Shown: positions 1 to 11,467 of the stretch, one piece after another
Layout: the number at the start of each line of letters is the position of its first letter
Position numbering within the stretch: the stretch's first letter is position 1
Assembly (NCBI RefSeq): GCF_023055435.1
Contig: NW_025963779.1
Coordinates: forward strand, 21,638,001-21,702,000
Direction: 5' to 3'
Source of the DNA: Haliotis rufescens
Lineage: Eukaryota
Length of the DNA: 64,000 bases
Program-made: the position numbers and the translations under genes
Notes under the pieces: model-generated
Databases searched by the model: none
What the model was told of the DNA's origin: nothing
What the model saw: only the letters and a program-made list of their open reading frames with translations

Positions 1-697
1 TGGCGTTATCTTGTTGGAACACCGTCCGTTGTTGACGCTGGATGAAAGGAAGAACCACTGGCCGTAAGATATTGTCAATGTAGCGTTGTGCTGTCAGATT
101 GCCTTCGATGATGACAAGTTCCGTCTTCTCGTCCCCGCAAATGCCGCCCCAGACCATCACACTTCCGCCCCCGTAAGGTTCCACCTCCTGGACACAACAA
201 GGAGCCGTACGTTCACCACGTCGTCGATAATCTCGCGTCCGCCCATCAGGTTTGATGAGTTGGAACCTGCTCTCGTCACTAAACAGCACTCGCCGCCATT
301 CCCTTTGTTGCCATCGCTGAGTTTGCCTGCACCACGTCAATCTGGCACGTCGATGTTGACGGGTCAAGGTCATGAAAGGGCGATAAGCCCGGAGACCATA
401 ATGTCGTAGTCGTCTGGTCACTGTTTGTCCTTAGCTGTTGGCAGCTGATGACGTCACAGTGAGAAATCTGTTCCTCAGATGAAGTGCCCGTAAAAAGCGG
501 TCATCCTGCGGGGTCGTGACCTTTGGTCTGCCACTCCGTGTTCTGTCTGCGGTTCTGCCAGTCTGTCGGAGACGTGCGACCAGTCTGGTAATGGTCATCT
601 TGGAGCAGTTCATGTTAATGGCAACCGCTCTCTGTGTCGCTCCTATCTGCAGCATACCTATGGCTCTCTCCCTCTGGACAGCGGCCAGTCTTGGCAT
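1..697 (-). pseudogene. Tc1-family transposase, one in-frame stop (431-433), runs off the window edge
   Basis: The ORF MPRL...RAIGML...GRPKVTT (paired-type HTH) continues in the same frame after the TAA as ...WRRVLFSDESRF...GGGSVMVWGGI...YIDNILRP...FQQDNA, giving the first two catalytic Asp motifs of Tc1 DD34E transposases. Confidence 0.93.
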
Positions 698-748
698 GTT
701 CGTTGGTGTTAATCATCGCAACCATTGATAGGGAACAGATCCGTGCGT

Positions 749-756
749 TATTTATA
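749..756 (-). promoter_or_regulatory. Candidate TATA box of the Tc1 transposase
   Basis: TATAAATA on the minus strand about 50 bp upstream of the transposase ATG. Confidence 0.5.
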
Positions 757-2162
757 CCCGGAAATTGCACGATAATTTGGGAAAGAATGTTTTAAAAAAT
801 TGCTGTAAAAACACCAATATTTCCCTAAATCCGCAAAGCACGTGCAAAGAACGACAGAGAACATGAAGGCTGTATTCGTGAAATGTGTTCTTTACTGTTT
901 TTGAACAGGTTGGCATCTTTGTTTCAAAGTGGCAAATCAGTTAATGTTGGTAACGTTTCTTTTGGCCCTCAGCTTATAACCATCTGGGGTATTTCCAAAT
1001 AACGACATCCGATGAGCTTCCATCATTCTTTTTGTCCGTTTGTTTAGGCTGAAGAAATTAATTAACATGCGCCCTTTGTCTGAGATTCAGAGATTACAGG
1101 TAACCAATCAGTGTTCTTGAACACGGTAGTCCAGTCTCTTGTCACGCTCAGTTGCGTCAGCGAGCAAATCGGCAGATAGTGAGCCCCAGCTGGCAGTGTT
1201 AGACAGCCGAGAAGAAGATTAGTGCCCCTTTAAACCGACAAGCCGGGATATAACTGAAATATAAATACTGTGCAAAGCAGTGTTAAGCCAAACTCACTCA
1301 CTTATTCAGAGCCATGCCGGTCCCCCAGGATGGATATTGGGGGTACTTTTCCGCAATAAATTAATAGTTACAGTTTGATTGTTTTTTTAAAATCATGGGA
1401 GACAGGAGGCATTTTATTTTTTACGTTTAATTTTGTTCTTATAGACCTACTTTAGGCATATGTGTACAATTGCTGTCGACGAGTGCGATTCACATGCATC
1501 ATGTGTGTTCAGTAGGGCTACGTGTACGGAGTATTTTATCAGATAAAGAAAGTAGGAACACTCATATTAACGATACTTCTATTTCTAGGAATTTAAGGGC
1601 ATTAGAATAATGTTAGACAGGATGTTTTGTTTTTAGGCGGTAGCGGATGAAAATCTATTAATTAAAGTAGCGAATATGGTATCGTATAAAATAACCAACA
1701 ACAACATCGGACAATATCATTTTATCCGAATGCTACAAATTGGTCTGTGAGAATTTTATTTTAATGAATATTCTAGCCGTGTATAGAATTGCCTCATTGA
1801 GAAACTCACTGGCTTGTGATTATATCTGTAACTGACAGTGTAGCCGCGAATAGCTGAAATACTGCTGATGCGGCTTTTAGCAATATTACTCACTCACTGA
1901 CGGTGATAGTTTTGTTTCCAGCTTTCGGACACATTAATGTTTTCACTATCATTGGACATTCATGTACACAATTTCTTTTGTTAAATTATATTGAGCATGT
2001 TGAGGGTTTTATTATAAAGTACATAGGAAACTGTAACAACGGGAGATGACTCAGACTTTGTGTATGTAAATTACATAGCATTTTCAAGCTCAAGTCATAA
2101 GTTTGCTAAATGCTACTTGGAGAATGAAGAGCATGAAAGAAGCATGACCAAAGGACTACTAA

Positions 2163-2547
2163 CGTGCGCATGCGCTTGACCTTATGATATTACGCATGCG
2201 CACGGACAGCGTCTAAAACGCGAGAACACGAGAACGCGAGATCGCGAGAAAATGAAATGTCGCATTCTCGCGTTCTCGCGATTTCGTTATTTTGTGGCCT
2301 AATTTGACAAGTCGAGATTGCGAGATTGCGAGATTTTGCATCAAGTCAAAATGTCGCATTCTCGCGTTGTCGACTTTTGACAAAAAGTGCTATGTACCAA
2401 AAACACGAGAATGCGAGATCGCGAGAACGCGAGATTTTGGCCAAATCTCGCGTTCTCGCGATCTCGCATTCTCGTGTTTTGGGCATATTTACCTCGTTTC
2501 CAAAGGTCGAGATCGCGAGAATGCGAGATCGCGAGAATGTCCCTTAC
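2163..2547. repeat. CpG-rich palindromic (foldback/MITE-like) element built from GCGAGATCGCGAGAA units
   Basis: Near-perfect palindrome at 2397-2482 centred on TGGCCA; further inverted CGAGA/TCTCG blocks; CGTGCGCATGCG inverted pair at 2163-2204. Confidence 0.7.
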
Positions 2548-2562
2548 AGTATTCCATACATA

Positions 2563-2726
2563 ACGGCGTGTCAGCTTGGTGTTGAAGGAAAGCACGAAAG
2601 GATGTTTTCCTCTGTTGAAACTCACGGGTATGGCTGTGACAGACAAAGGATTTAAAATAAGAGTGAATGTTGGAATCAAAACCACAATCTTCGGGTAAAA
2701 GCAGCGAATGGTGGCGCCTTAGACGA
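2563..2726 (-). mobile_element. SINE family C, degenerate fragment
   Basis: CGGCGTGTCAGCTT, CACGGGTATGG and GGCGCCTTAGACGA match the family C copies. Confidence 0.6.
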
Positions 2727-3377
2727 TTGCATTGAAGGGGGACATTCATGTGCATTTGCATGCTGCAATGCATGCATATGCTATCCCAAGATAGGAATGA
2801 TGTGACCAATACAGGCAACTTGCAAATTCACAACACGATAAAGAAATACCTGTCCATTTTGTTTGCAGCGTTTATTATTATGTCAAGGTAATTCATGTAA
2901 GCTTTACAGGGATGTTTGTTCGTGGATACACTTCACAAAGTGGGATGGCTTTGACTGCGCTTGGAACTTATCTAAGCTATCACGCGAGTCTGCTTAATGT
3001 GGACAAATATATATACAAACAAAGACTTCAGACGTAAACCAGAGTGATTTAGGCCTTGAGGATGGGTACTGTGGCGACGGCAAAGGTCACACAATCTGGG
3101 GAATCTGGGACCCACGTCAATAACATGGAGCAGATGATGGCACAGTCATCACTGCTAGGTGCGCCTCCTTTGACCATGAGAAACATGACGACCCCCATCC
3201 TCCGCCACACACGCACGTCGGCACGCACGCACACATAAACACGGGAGACCCCATACATTGGACACCTGTCTTGACTTGAGGGACTATGTATCCATCGAGC
3301 AAACTCGGCTAAGAGATGTTTAATGCATTCTGTCCATAAGAGAAATTAATAGCCAAAGGATTCTATGTTTCATACAA

Positions 3378-4850
3378 ATGTGTATGACGGAGTACTTGTG
3401 TATGACTGAGTACCTGTGTATGACTGAGTACCTGTGTATGACGGAGTACCTGTGTATGACGGAGTACTTGTTTATGACTGATTACCCGTGTATGGCTGAG
3501 TACCTGTGTATGAAGCAGTACCTGTGTATGACTCGGTACTTGTATATGACTGATTACCCGTGTATGACTGATTACCCGTGTATGACTGAGTACCTGTGTA
3601 AGACGGAGTACCTGTGTATGACTGAGTACCTGTGTATGACTGAGTACCTGTGTATGACGGAGTACCTGTGTATGACTGAGTTCCTGTGTATGACTGATTA
3701 CCTGTGTATGACGGAGTACCTGTGTATGACGGAGTACCTGTGTATGACTGATTACCCGTGTATGACGGAGTACCTGTGTATGACGGAGTACCTGTGTATG
3801 ACTGAGTACCTGTGTATGACTGAGTACCTGTGTATGACTGAGTACTTGTGTATGACTCAGTACCTGTGTATGACTCAGTACTTGTATATGACTCAGTACC
3901 TGTGTATGACTGAGTACCTGTGTAAGACGGAGTACCTGTGTATGACTGAGTACCTGTGTATGACGGAGATCCTTTGTATGACGGAGTACCTGTGTTTGAC
4001 TGAGTACCCGTGTATGACTGAGTACCTGAGTATGACTGAGTACCTGTGTATGACTGAGTACCTGTGTATGACTGAGTAGTTGTGTATGACTCAGTACCTG
4101 TGTATGACTCAGTACTTGTATATGACTGATTACCCGTGTATGACTGAGTACCTGTGTAAGACGGAGTACCTGTGTATGACTGAGTACCTGTGTATGACTG
4201 AGTACTTGTGTATGACGGAGTACCTGTGTATGACTGATTACCCGTGTATGACGGAGTACCTGTGTATGACTGAGTACCTGTGTATGACTCAGTACCTGTG
4301 TATGACTGAGTACCTGTGTATGACTGAGTACTTGTGTATGACTCAGTACCTGTGTATGACTGAGTACCTGTGTATGACTGAGTACCTGTGTATGACTGAG
4401 TACTTGTGTATGACTCAGTACCTGTGTATGACTCAGTACTTGTATATGACTGATTACCTGTGTATTACTGAGTACCTGTGTAAGACGGAGTACCTGTGTA
4501 TGACCGAGTACCTGTGTATGACGGAGATCCTTTGTATGACGGAGTACCTGTGTTTGACTGAGTACCCGTGTATGACTCAGTACCTGTGTATGACTGAGTA
4601 CCTGTGTATGACTGAGTACTTGTGTATGACTCAGTACCTGTGTATGACTCAGTACTTGTATATGACTGATTACCCGTGTATGACTGAGTACCTGTGTAAG
4701 ACGGAGTACCTGTGTATGACTGATTACCTGTGTATGACGGAGATCCTTTGTATGACGGAGATCCTTTGTATGACGGAGTACCTGTGTATGACTGATTACC
4801 CGTGTATGACGGAGTACCTGTGTATACTGAGTACCCGTGTATGCCAGTAC
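3378..4850. repeat. Minisatellite, 18-bp unit TGTATGACTGAGTACCTG, about 80 copies
   Basis: Direct tandem repeat; source of the CMTEYL ORFs. Confidence 0.98.
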
Positions 4851-5549
4851 ATGTAGGTAATCACCAGCCCACTGTTGACAACATAGTGCACTTAATCACA
4901 AGTTCTGCACAAGTTCTACTTGAGTTACACACACGTTATACACCGTTGACGACAAACATGAGGTTGCATCCCTGGCATATGGATTCGGATACTTCGATCA
5001 AAAGTTTCATTTAATCTAAAGCGAAAATACCTGTGGTAATAAATCATGAATAACTGAAAAGTGGTGATACTGATTGACCATATGAACTATATGTCTGTAC
5101 AGATTCATTAATCGTCTTTGTGTACAAGACAAGACAAATCACACAACAGTGATATAGAAAGTCACACATACAATCGTCTTTCCCATTCTCAGACTCTCAA
5201 ACTACCTCCGTGTTGCACCCTTGCGTAAAGAACACAGCATTAATATTGTTTGGAAGATTTTGTATTTTTAATGTTTAACTAAGCCTGCGGGGGTCCGACA
5301 TCAGCTCAGTTTATATACAAACCCACTTTTAATCTTCAAAGAACACGGGATGAAGTTGTTTTTATGAGCTAATAAAAAAGTTTACAACACGAAAATAAGA
5401 TCATGAACGAGTATAACTTTGGTCTTTGAGAACAATTACAACGTGCCTGAAGGATGTGATGAACTACTGTTTTGAAGAACATGACTCACGCACAAGAGAG
5501 GAAGATGTTACAGGCGCGGTGAGATATCGCCTTCAGGATTATTGCACTA

Positions 5550-7085
5550 ACGAGGAGTGAGTGATAAGTTCTGATCCCCACATGGGTGAGGTGAGGTGAG
5601 GTGTGGTGAAATGGGGTTTAACGTCGCGTCCAACATTATTGCACTTACATAGCGACGTGCATGCACGTGTGTGTGTGTGCTTGTACTAGTCCGGACTGAT
5701 GCCGATTTATCGTGCTCGCCCACTGACACAGTATACTGACTCCGAGCCGACCAGTCCTTGTTTTGGCCCCTTAATGTCAAGTAACAGACAGGCAGGGCAA
5801 CACTAAGTACCATCTTGTAACGTCTTTCGGGAAGACGCGGACGGGGATCGAATCCGGACCCTCCACTCTCCGGGCGGACGTTCTACCACCAGACCTGAGG
5901 AGGTCTGAGCCTAAAATAGAAAGACTTGACCTAAACATATTAGATATATTTCTAAAAATAATCCGCTTCCACGTTGATACACTTCTGCCAACGATTTGGA
6001 GGGACTTTATCCGAGTTTCGTTGAAGTCCTTCTTCTGGCTTTCCACAGTTCTTTACAGCTGCTATGACGCCATCGTTCGAACCGAAATTGATTCCGGATA
6101 GAGCTTTCATCATGTTTTGGAACAGATGACGAATAAGGTGGGTGCTGAAGAAGTTCATGGAAACACTCGTGGATTGTTGCGATGGTTATTTGTGCACTGG
6201 AGCATTGTCCTTGAGGAAGAGCACACCTTTTTCAGCTTCCCACGTCTGATAGTCTTACTTTCGTCCCGTAATTGCCTCAAAGGTGCAGTATACTATGCTC
6301 AGTTTGTTATTTGGCTCTTTGAAAGACAATCAACCATGATGACACCCTCGGCTCCCCAGAACACGGAGTCCATAACTTTTCCAGCTGATGGGACATTATT
6401 TGCCTTCTTTGATGGTGTTGATGTCAAATGCTTCCACTATTTTGATTGATGTTTGGACTCAGGCAGGAAGTGGTGAACCCAGGTTTCAACCATTGTCACA
6501 AATTGCTGCAAGAACCTTTCTGGATCAGCTTCAAACAGAGCAAGATTGTCACGAGAAATGTTGTGCCGGGTGCTTTGTTTGTCAGAGGCTTTGGAAACCA
6601 GCGAGCTTCATTGCCAAAGTTTCTGTGTTTATTGAGTGTACTCTCTCCTGGGACATGCCTACTGAACTAGCAATATGACGCCCAGTCATTCGCCGGTCAG
6701 ACATAACCTTATAGTGTACCTGACAGGCAGTCCAGGACGGAGGTCGTCTTCAAGGCTCTCCCTGCCACATTCGGACTCTGCTGCCCACACCTTTACGGTG
6801 ACACAGGGGCATCCTTCCCAAGTGTTGTGGTATCTTCATGGATGGTTTTGGTGTAAAGCCCTTTTTCTGCAAGTACTTGATCAAGTACGTTCCTCAAGAT
6901 TGTCAGTTTTCCATAAGTCACAGATCCCTGCTTATTTGACTGACTTGACAGTGAAACAATTTGATCAAGTGATTTAAGGTTTTGCGGATAGACCTCTATA
7001 CCATGTTATCTCCACGACAAAAGGTTTCACTAATATTACGCAATTTCTTCTATGTGAGGCTTAGAACTTATTAATCAACCGTCGT
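5550..7085 (-). mobile_element. Decayed mariner transposon
   Basis: Minus-strand fragments IKYLQKKGFTPK, TVKVWAAE..GRESLEDD, FLQQFVTMVETWVHH, HLFQNMMKALSG and RWQKCINVEADYF* at 6914-5952. TIRs: ACGAGGAGTGAGTGATAAGTTCTGA..GCCT versus AGGCTTAGAACTTATTAATCAACCGTCGT. Confidence 0.88.
5584..5906 (-). mobile_element. SINE family D, inserted in the mariner TIR
   Basis: tRNA-like head, shared body and (CACCT)n tail; matches the copy at 31432-31768. Confidence 0.9.
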
Positions 7086-7380
7086 TTAAGCGACGTGCAT
7101 GTGCGTGCGCACGTGTGCGTGTATGTGTGTGTGTGCGTGCGTGCGTGCGTGCGTGCGTGCGTAATGTCTCCATACCATGCTGCAGTTTAACATGGATACC
7201 CCAATCAGACACAGTATACTGACTCCAAGCCGACCAGTCCTTGTTTTAGCCCCTTAATGCCAAGCGGCAGGCAGGGTAACAACGTGTACCATGTTTTAAC
7301 ATGTTTGTTGTGACGCGGCAGGGATCGAACCACCGAGCACTTATCAGACAGACGCTCTATCCACTACACCAGGAAGGCCC
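7086..7380 (-). mobile_element. SINE family D, older copy whose tail remnant lies at about 5515-5549
   Basis: AGCGACGTGCATG, CAGTATACTGACTCC and GGGATCGAACC match family D. Confidence 0.8.
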
Positions 7381-8925
7381 CAGGCGTTAGAGCACAGTAG
7401 CGACAAGATATCACTAACTTTAGGAACAGAAATAGATCACTAAACATCGCGATACCATATATATATATATGTATATGTACCATACTGACGGTGTTAAATA
7501 AATTATGATAAAATCTTAAAACGCGTTGAACGAATGTTTCACTCGCGTTCCGCTCTGATGTCTGCTTCTATATAAATGTTAAAATCTTAAAAAAGACTTA
7601 CCCTAATACATAACATGGTAGGGATGCTCTCACGTCAACTTCATCAACGGTACTGAGCACACGGTTTAGACCAGAAGTAAAGCCAGCCTACTTAGAGCCG
7701 TGTCTGTAACAAGTACACTCTCTGGGACAGAGCAGCCATCGTGTAGATATATATACACATGCACACTGTCACCAACCAGTGACGAAATATCACGGAAGAG
7801 TAGGTCCCGAGGTTCAGTGTGGCTCTGTCCATTAGCAGGATATAACCTGTATATCTACAGACTCAGTTGTCAATGTGCCATATTCTGTCTGCGGAATCTT
7901 GCCAACGTTAGGGATGATATAGGGACTCCCGAGTTATATGGTTATAACACGTGGTGATACCGCCATCGATTGTTATACATAATCCGAACACCTTACACAT
8001 CTTTGTGATGCATGTATATGCTCGCTTTCCTGTAAGACTATCGGTTACTTGTAGACAAAAAGCTGAACCACAGACTATGGAGACGCAGTTACGGGCCGGG
8101 TTGTTGCGTCTTAATATCACTGTCACCGACCGATTTTTTAAAACCAATCACTTACGAGGGACCTGTTATATCGACCACGTATGTCGCAAAAGAAACGAAA
8201 AATATATAACAGTGAGCAACAAAGCAACTTTGGTCATTACGGGAGCAGTTCGTAAGTTCGACGTCGGATGAAAGTTTTAATTAATTAAGGAATTAACGGT
8301 TACCCTTCACTGCACTTTTGACCTACACAGTAACTGCACCCACCGAGTACATTTAATGACAATTAAATATGAATTGTAGTTTTGCTGATACGGAGTCAAT
8401 GGCTTGCAAGAAATCTTGCAAGAAATCATTCAGCTGTGCACTCATTCGTTAAGACAGATCTTGCTTCTGTGAAGTTATTGTCAATATTAAATCGTATTGG
8501 GGAAGAAAGAGTATTATCACTGCAAAATATATTTTCCCTTCCTGCTGTTGTGCATTGCAATTTGCAAATCTGATTTGACAATAATCAGAAAATTAACCAT
8601 GACGTGTGCCCATAACATCGCCAGATATCATGTATCATCAATAGTAAAGTTTGAATTTTATAATGTGTATCTAGTGATATTTTAAATCCCATCTTGAAGC
8701 CCATCTTCAAGCCAGAGAAACACCAACATTATTAACATCTTCAAGAACATGAGGAGGTGTGAGTAAAACAATGAATGTTGTATAACGCCGCAGTCATCAA
8801 TTGTTCTGGCTACAATAACGATGGCATGTATATAATCATAATCATGAACAACGGTGGCGCTATCGGGTTCGAAGATCAGCCAGACTGACCCCCAGTTCCC
8901 ATTTTAATTGGCTCTTTCGAAAACC

Positions 8926-9392
8926 GACCCGTGAAGATGCGGGCTAGAATTGGTCTCCAGGAACCCATGCTTGTCGTAAGAGGCGACTAATGGGATCGGG
9001 TGGTCAGGCTCGCTGACCTGGCTAATGCATGCCATGGTAACCCGTGGATCGATGCTTATGATATCAATCACTGGATTTTCTGGTCCAGACTTGATGATTG
9101 ACATAAAGCCTCCATATAGCTGGAGTACAATAGGTCTTCAGCAACCCATGCTTGTCGTAAGAGGCGACTAACGGGATCGGGTGGTCAGGCTCGCTGACTT
9201 GGTTGATGCATGTTATCGTATCCCAATTGGGTGGATCGATGCTCATGATGTCAATCACTAGATTGTCTGGTGTAGACACGACTTGTTTACAGACCGCCGT
9301 CAAATAGCTGGAAAATTGCTTAGTGCGGAGTTAAACACAAAAACAACAACAAACAATCACATAGCTGGAATATTGTGACAAAACAAACAAAA
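8926..9392 (+). mobile_element. SINE-like family B, tandem dimer
   Basis: Two consecutive B bodies (about 8926-9124 and 9127-9357) flanked by one CTTTCGAAAA duplication. Confidence 0.85.
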
Positions 9393-9998
9393 CTTTCGAA
9401 AATCATAAGGTAATAGATAATTATTCTAACCCGGCACAGGGAAAACTCAGTACGATAAGCATATTAAAATATGAATAGTTACTTTATTTCTTCAGTTTAG
9501 TGATGTCAACATAAAGACGGCGACTGTCACGTGTGTATTGATAAGATTGTCCTAAATGGAAATCTTTGAATTTAACACATTGCCCCGTCTAGTTGGTGAA
9601 ATTAGACTGCCGTCTGAGATATCTGCCGCGCCAGTTTTGTTTAATGTGGGATATCGAACCTAGCTGGACCGGTTCCTTCACGAGCAACAACTGCCCAAGT
9701 TGTAAAAAAAATTACAACAGCGAAAAAGCTCATCAACTCAGCAGGGTACGACATGTGGGCGGAACAGCGTAATGCAAGTGTCCAATTACCATTTGCCTCC
9801 GACCATTATGATGATATTAACACCTAACTAGCACGTTGCGTCGCCCGGTGAAACATTATCGTTTCCCATTACCTGTTGTCATGAGGCCAATAAGGGAGGA
9901 GACTTCCAGTCCCAATCGAGAAACGACAAGCTATCCATTCTCACTGTTACGTAATGGTCTTCAAGTCACCAACAGAAGCAACCTTTGCTCGTCCACAT

Positions 9999-10544
9999 CA
10001 TCTTCCCGAGGCAAGAGAGTTAACTGACCATAAAAGTCCAGTTTCCACCCTTGCCGAACTAGGCTGGTATTATGGAGTTACATTTTGGCTGGACTAACGA
10101 GTCTATGCATAGTCCAATCAAAATCGCGCAACGAAATCGAAATCCGGTTCGTCAACTGTCGTGCAGATTTCGGTCGATTGCAGGATTTGCAAAGCATGTG
10201 CACCGCCAACCCGTTGTCAACAGATATTTTCTTAATCTTTTCATGTTTCTAATCAAGGTGCTCACGTGATTTGATGCACTTTGCGATGTAAGACTTGTTT
10301 TATCACAATATAGATCTTGATTATCGATCATATCGTCTTGACTGGGCGCCGCCATTGTAATTGAAAAAAAATGCAAGTGATACGAGAGGTGGAATCTGAT
10401 TGGTCCATAGGAGAGGCTTAGAAGGGATATAACTGGTAAAAGCCACTGGTGGCGCTACGATCGAGCCCAGGAATTCCAGCCTAGTTCGGCAAGGGTGGAA
10501 ACTGGACTTTTATAGTCAGTTAACTCTCTTGCCTCGGGAAGATG
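9999..10544. mobile_element. MITE with 69-bp TIRs and 8-bp TSD (P- or hAT-like)
   Basis: CATCTTCCCGAGGC...AGGCTGG (9999-10067) is inverted at 10476-10544 with one mismatch; GTCCACAT lies on both sides. Confidence 0.93.
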
Positions 10545-10602
10545 GTCCACATTGGACGCTGTGACTTGTGTTCGTTTCTTTGGATATCCGAGTTCATACC
10601 AT

Positions 10603-10756
10603 ATATGTTTGTTGTGTAACGCCGCGCTCAGCAATATTCCAGTTGTATGACGGTGGTCTGTAAATAATCGAGTCTGGACAGACAATCCAGTGATTGACAT
10701 CATGAGCATCTATCTACGAAATTGGAATACGATGACATGCATCAGCCAAGTCAGCT
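10603..10756 (-). mobile_element. Family B, 3' half
   Basis: CAGCAATATTCCAG...GTCTGTAAATAATCGAGTCTGGAC matches the reverse complement of B. Confidence 0.85.
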
Positions 10757-11182
10757 GTGAACAATATTTCAGTTATATCACGCCCAGCGGCAAAATCGGG
10801 TTAGATAACGTCCTCAGCAACCTACGCTCGTCAAACATGGCGACTTAATGGATCCGTTGTCAAGGTCGGTGAACTGGTTGATTCCGTATGACGGCGTGTG
10901 ATGGCATGTGCCGTTGCTCATACTGTCGATCACCGGTTTGTGATTATCTGCTTTGTCCAGACTCGATTTTTTACACGCCGTTGTGATACCGCTGAAATAT
11001 TGAGTTAAAAAGGGGAAGAGACGTTTTACCATCCAAAACTGGTCTTTCGAAACGATATTAGGGATACGATTATCGTAAAGCTATCGTTAGAAAATTGTAC
11101 ACTGTCGTAGCCTATTTTCGAAACAAGTAAGATTATTTTCATTTTCATCCAAAATGGGGGCATACTTTGCGTTAGATGTATT

Positions 11183-11467
11183 GAGTGAGTGAGTGAGTGA
11201 GTTGGGTTTAACGCCGCTTTTAACATTATTCCAGTCATATCGCGGCGTGTCAGCTTAATGGGGGAGGAAAGCCCGAAGTGATGCAGGTTTTAGACGTTTA
11301 CCACTTCGGTGAAAGCCACGAGCACGGGTATGGTGCTGACAAACCTAGAAACATAATTGGGGCGAACCGGGATTCGAACCCACAATCATAGGTTTCTGGC
11401 GTGCCCAAGGGACGCAACTCTGCACAGCGAATCGCGGCGCCTTAGACGACTGGGCCACCCGTCCCCC
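11183..11467 (-). mobile_element. SINE family C, full length
   Basis: tRNA-like head, V-domain-like core, (CACT)n tail; TSD TTAGATGTATTGA. Confidence 0.92.

Larger units (their letters stand above)
1..976 (-). mobile_element. Tc1 DNA transposon, 5' part with terminal inverted repeat
   Basis: GGTAACGTTTCTTTTGGCCCTCAGCTTA then TA at about 949-978 resembles the TIR of the second Tc1 element (GGTGACGTTTCTTTTGCGGTTCAGTA then TA). Confidence 0.8.

Noticed and set aside
3378-4856. Cys/Met-rich CMTEYL ORFs
   Set aside because: An 18-bp tandem repeat that is stop-free in one frame by chance; no signal peptide or splice context.
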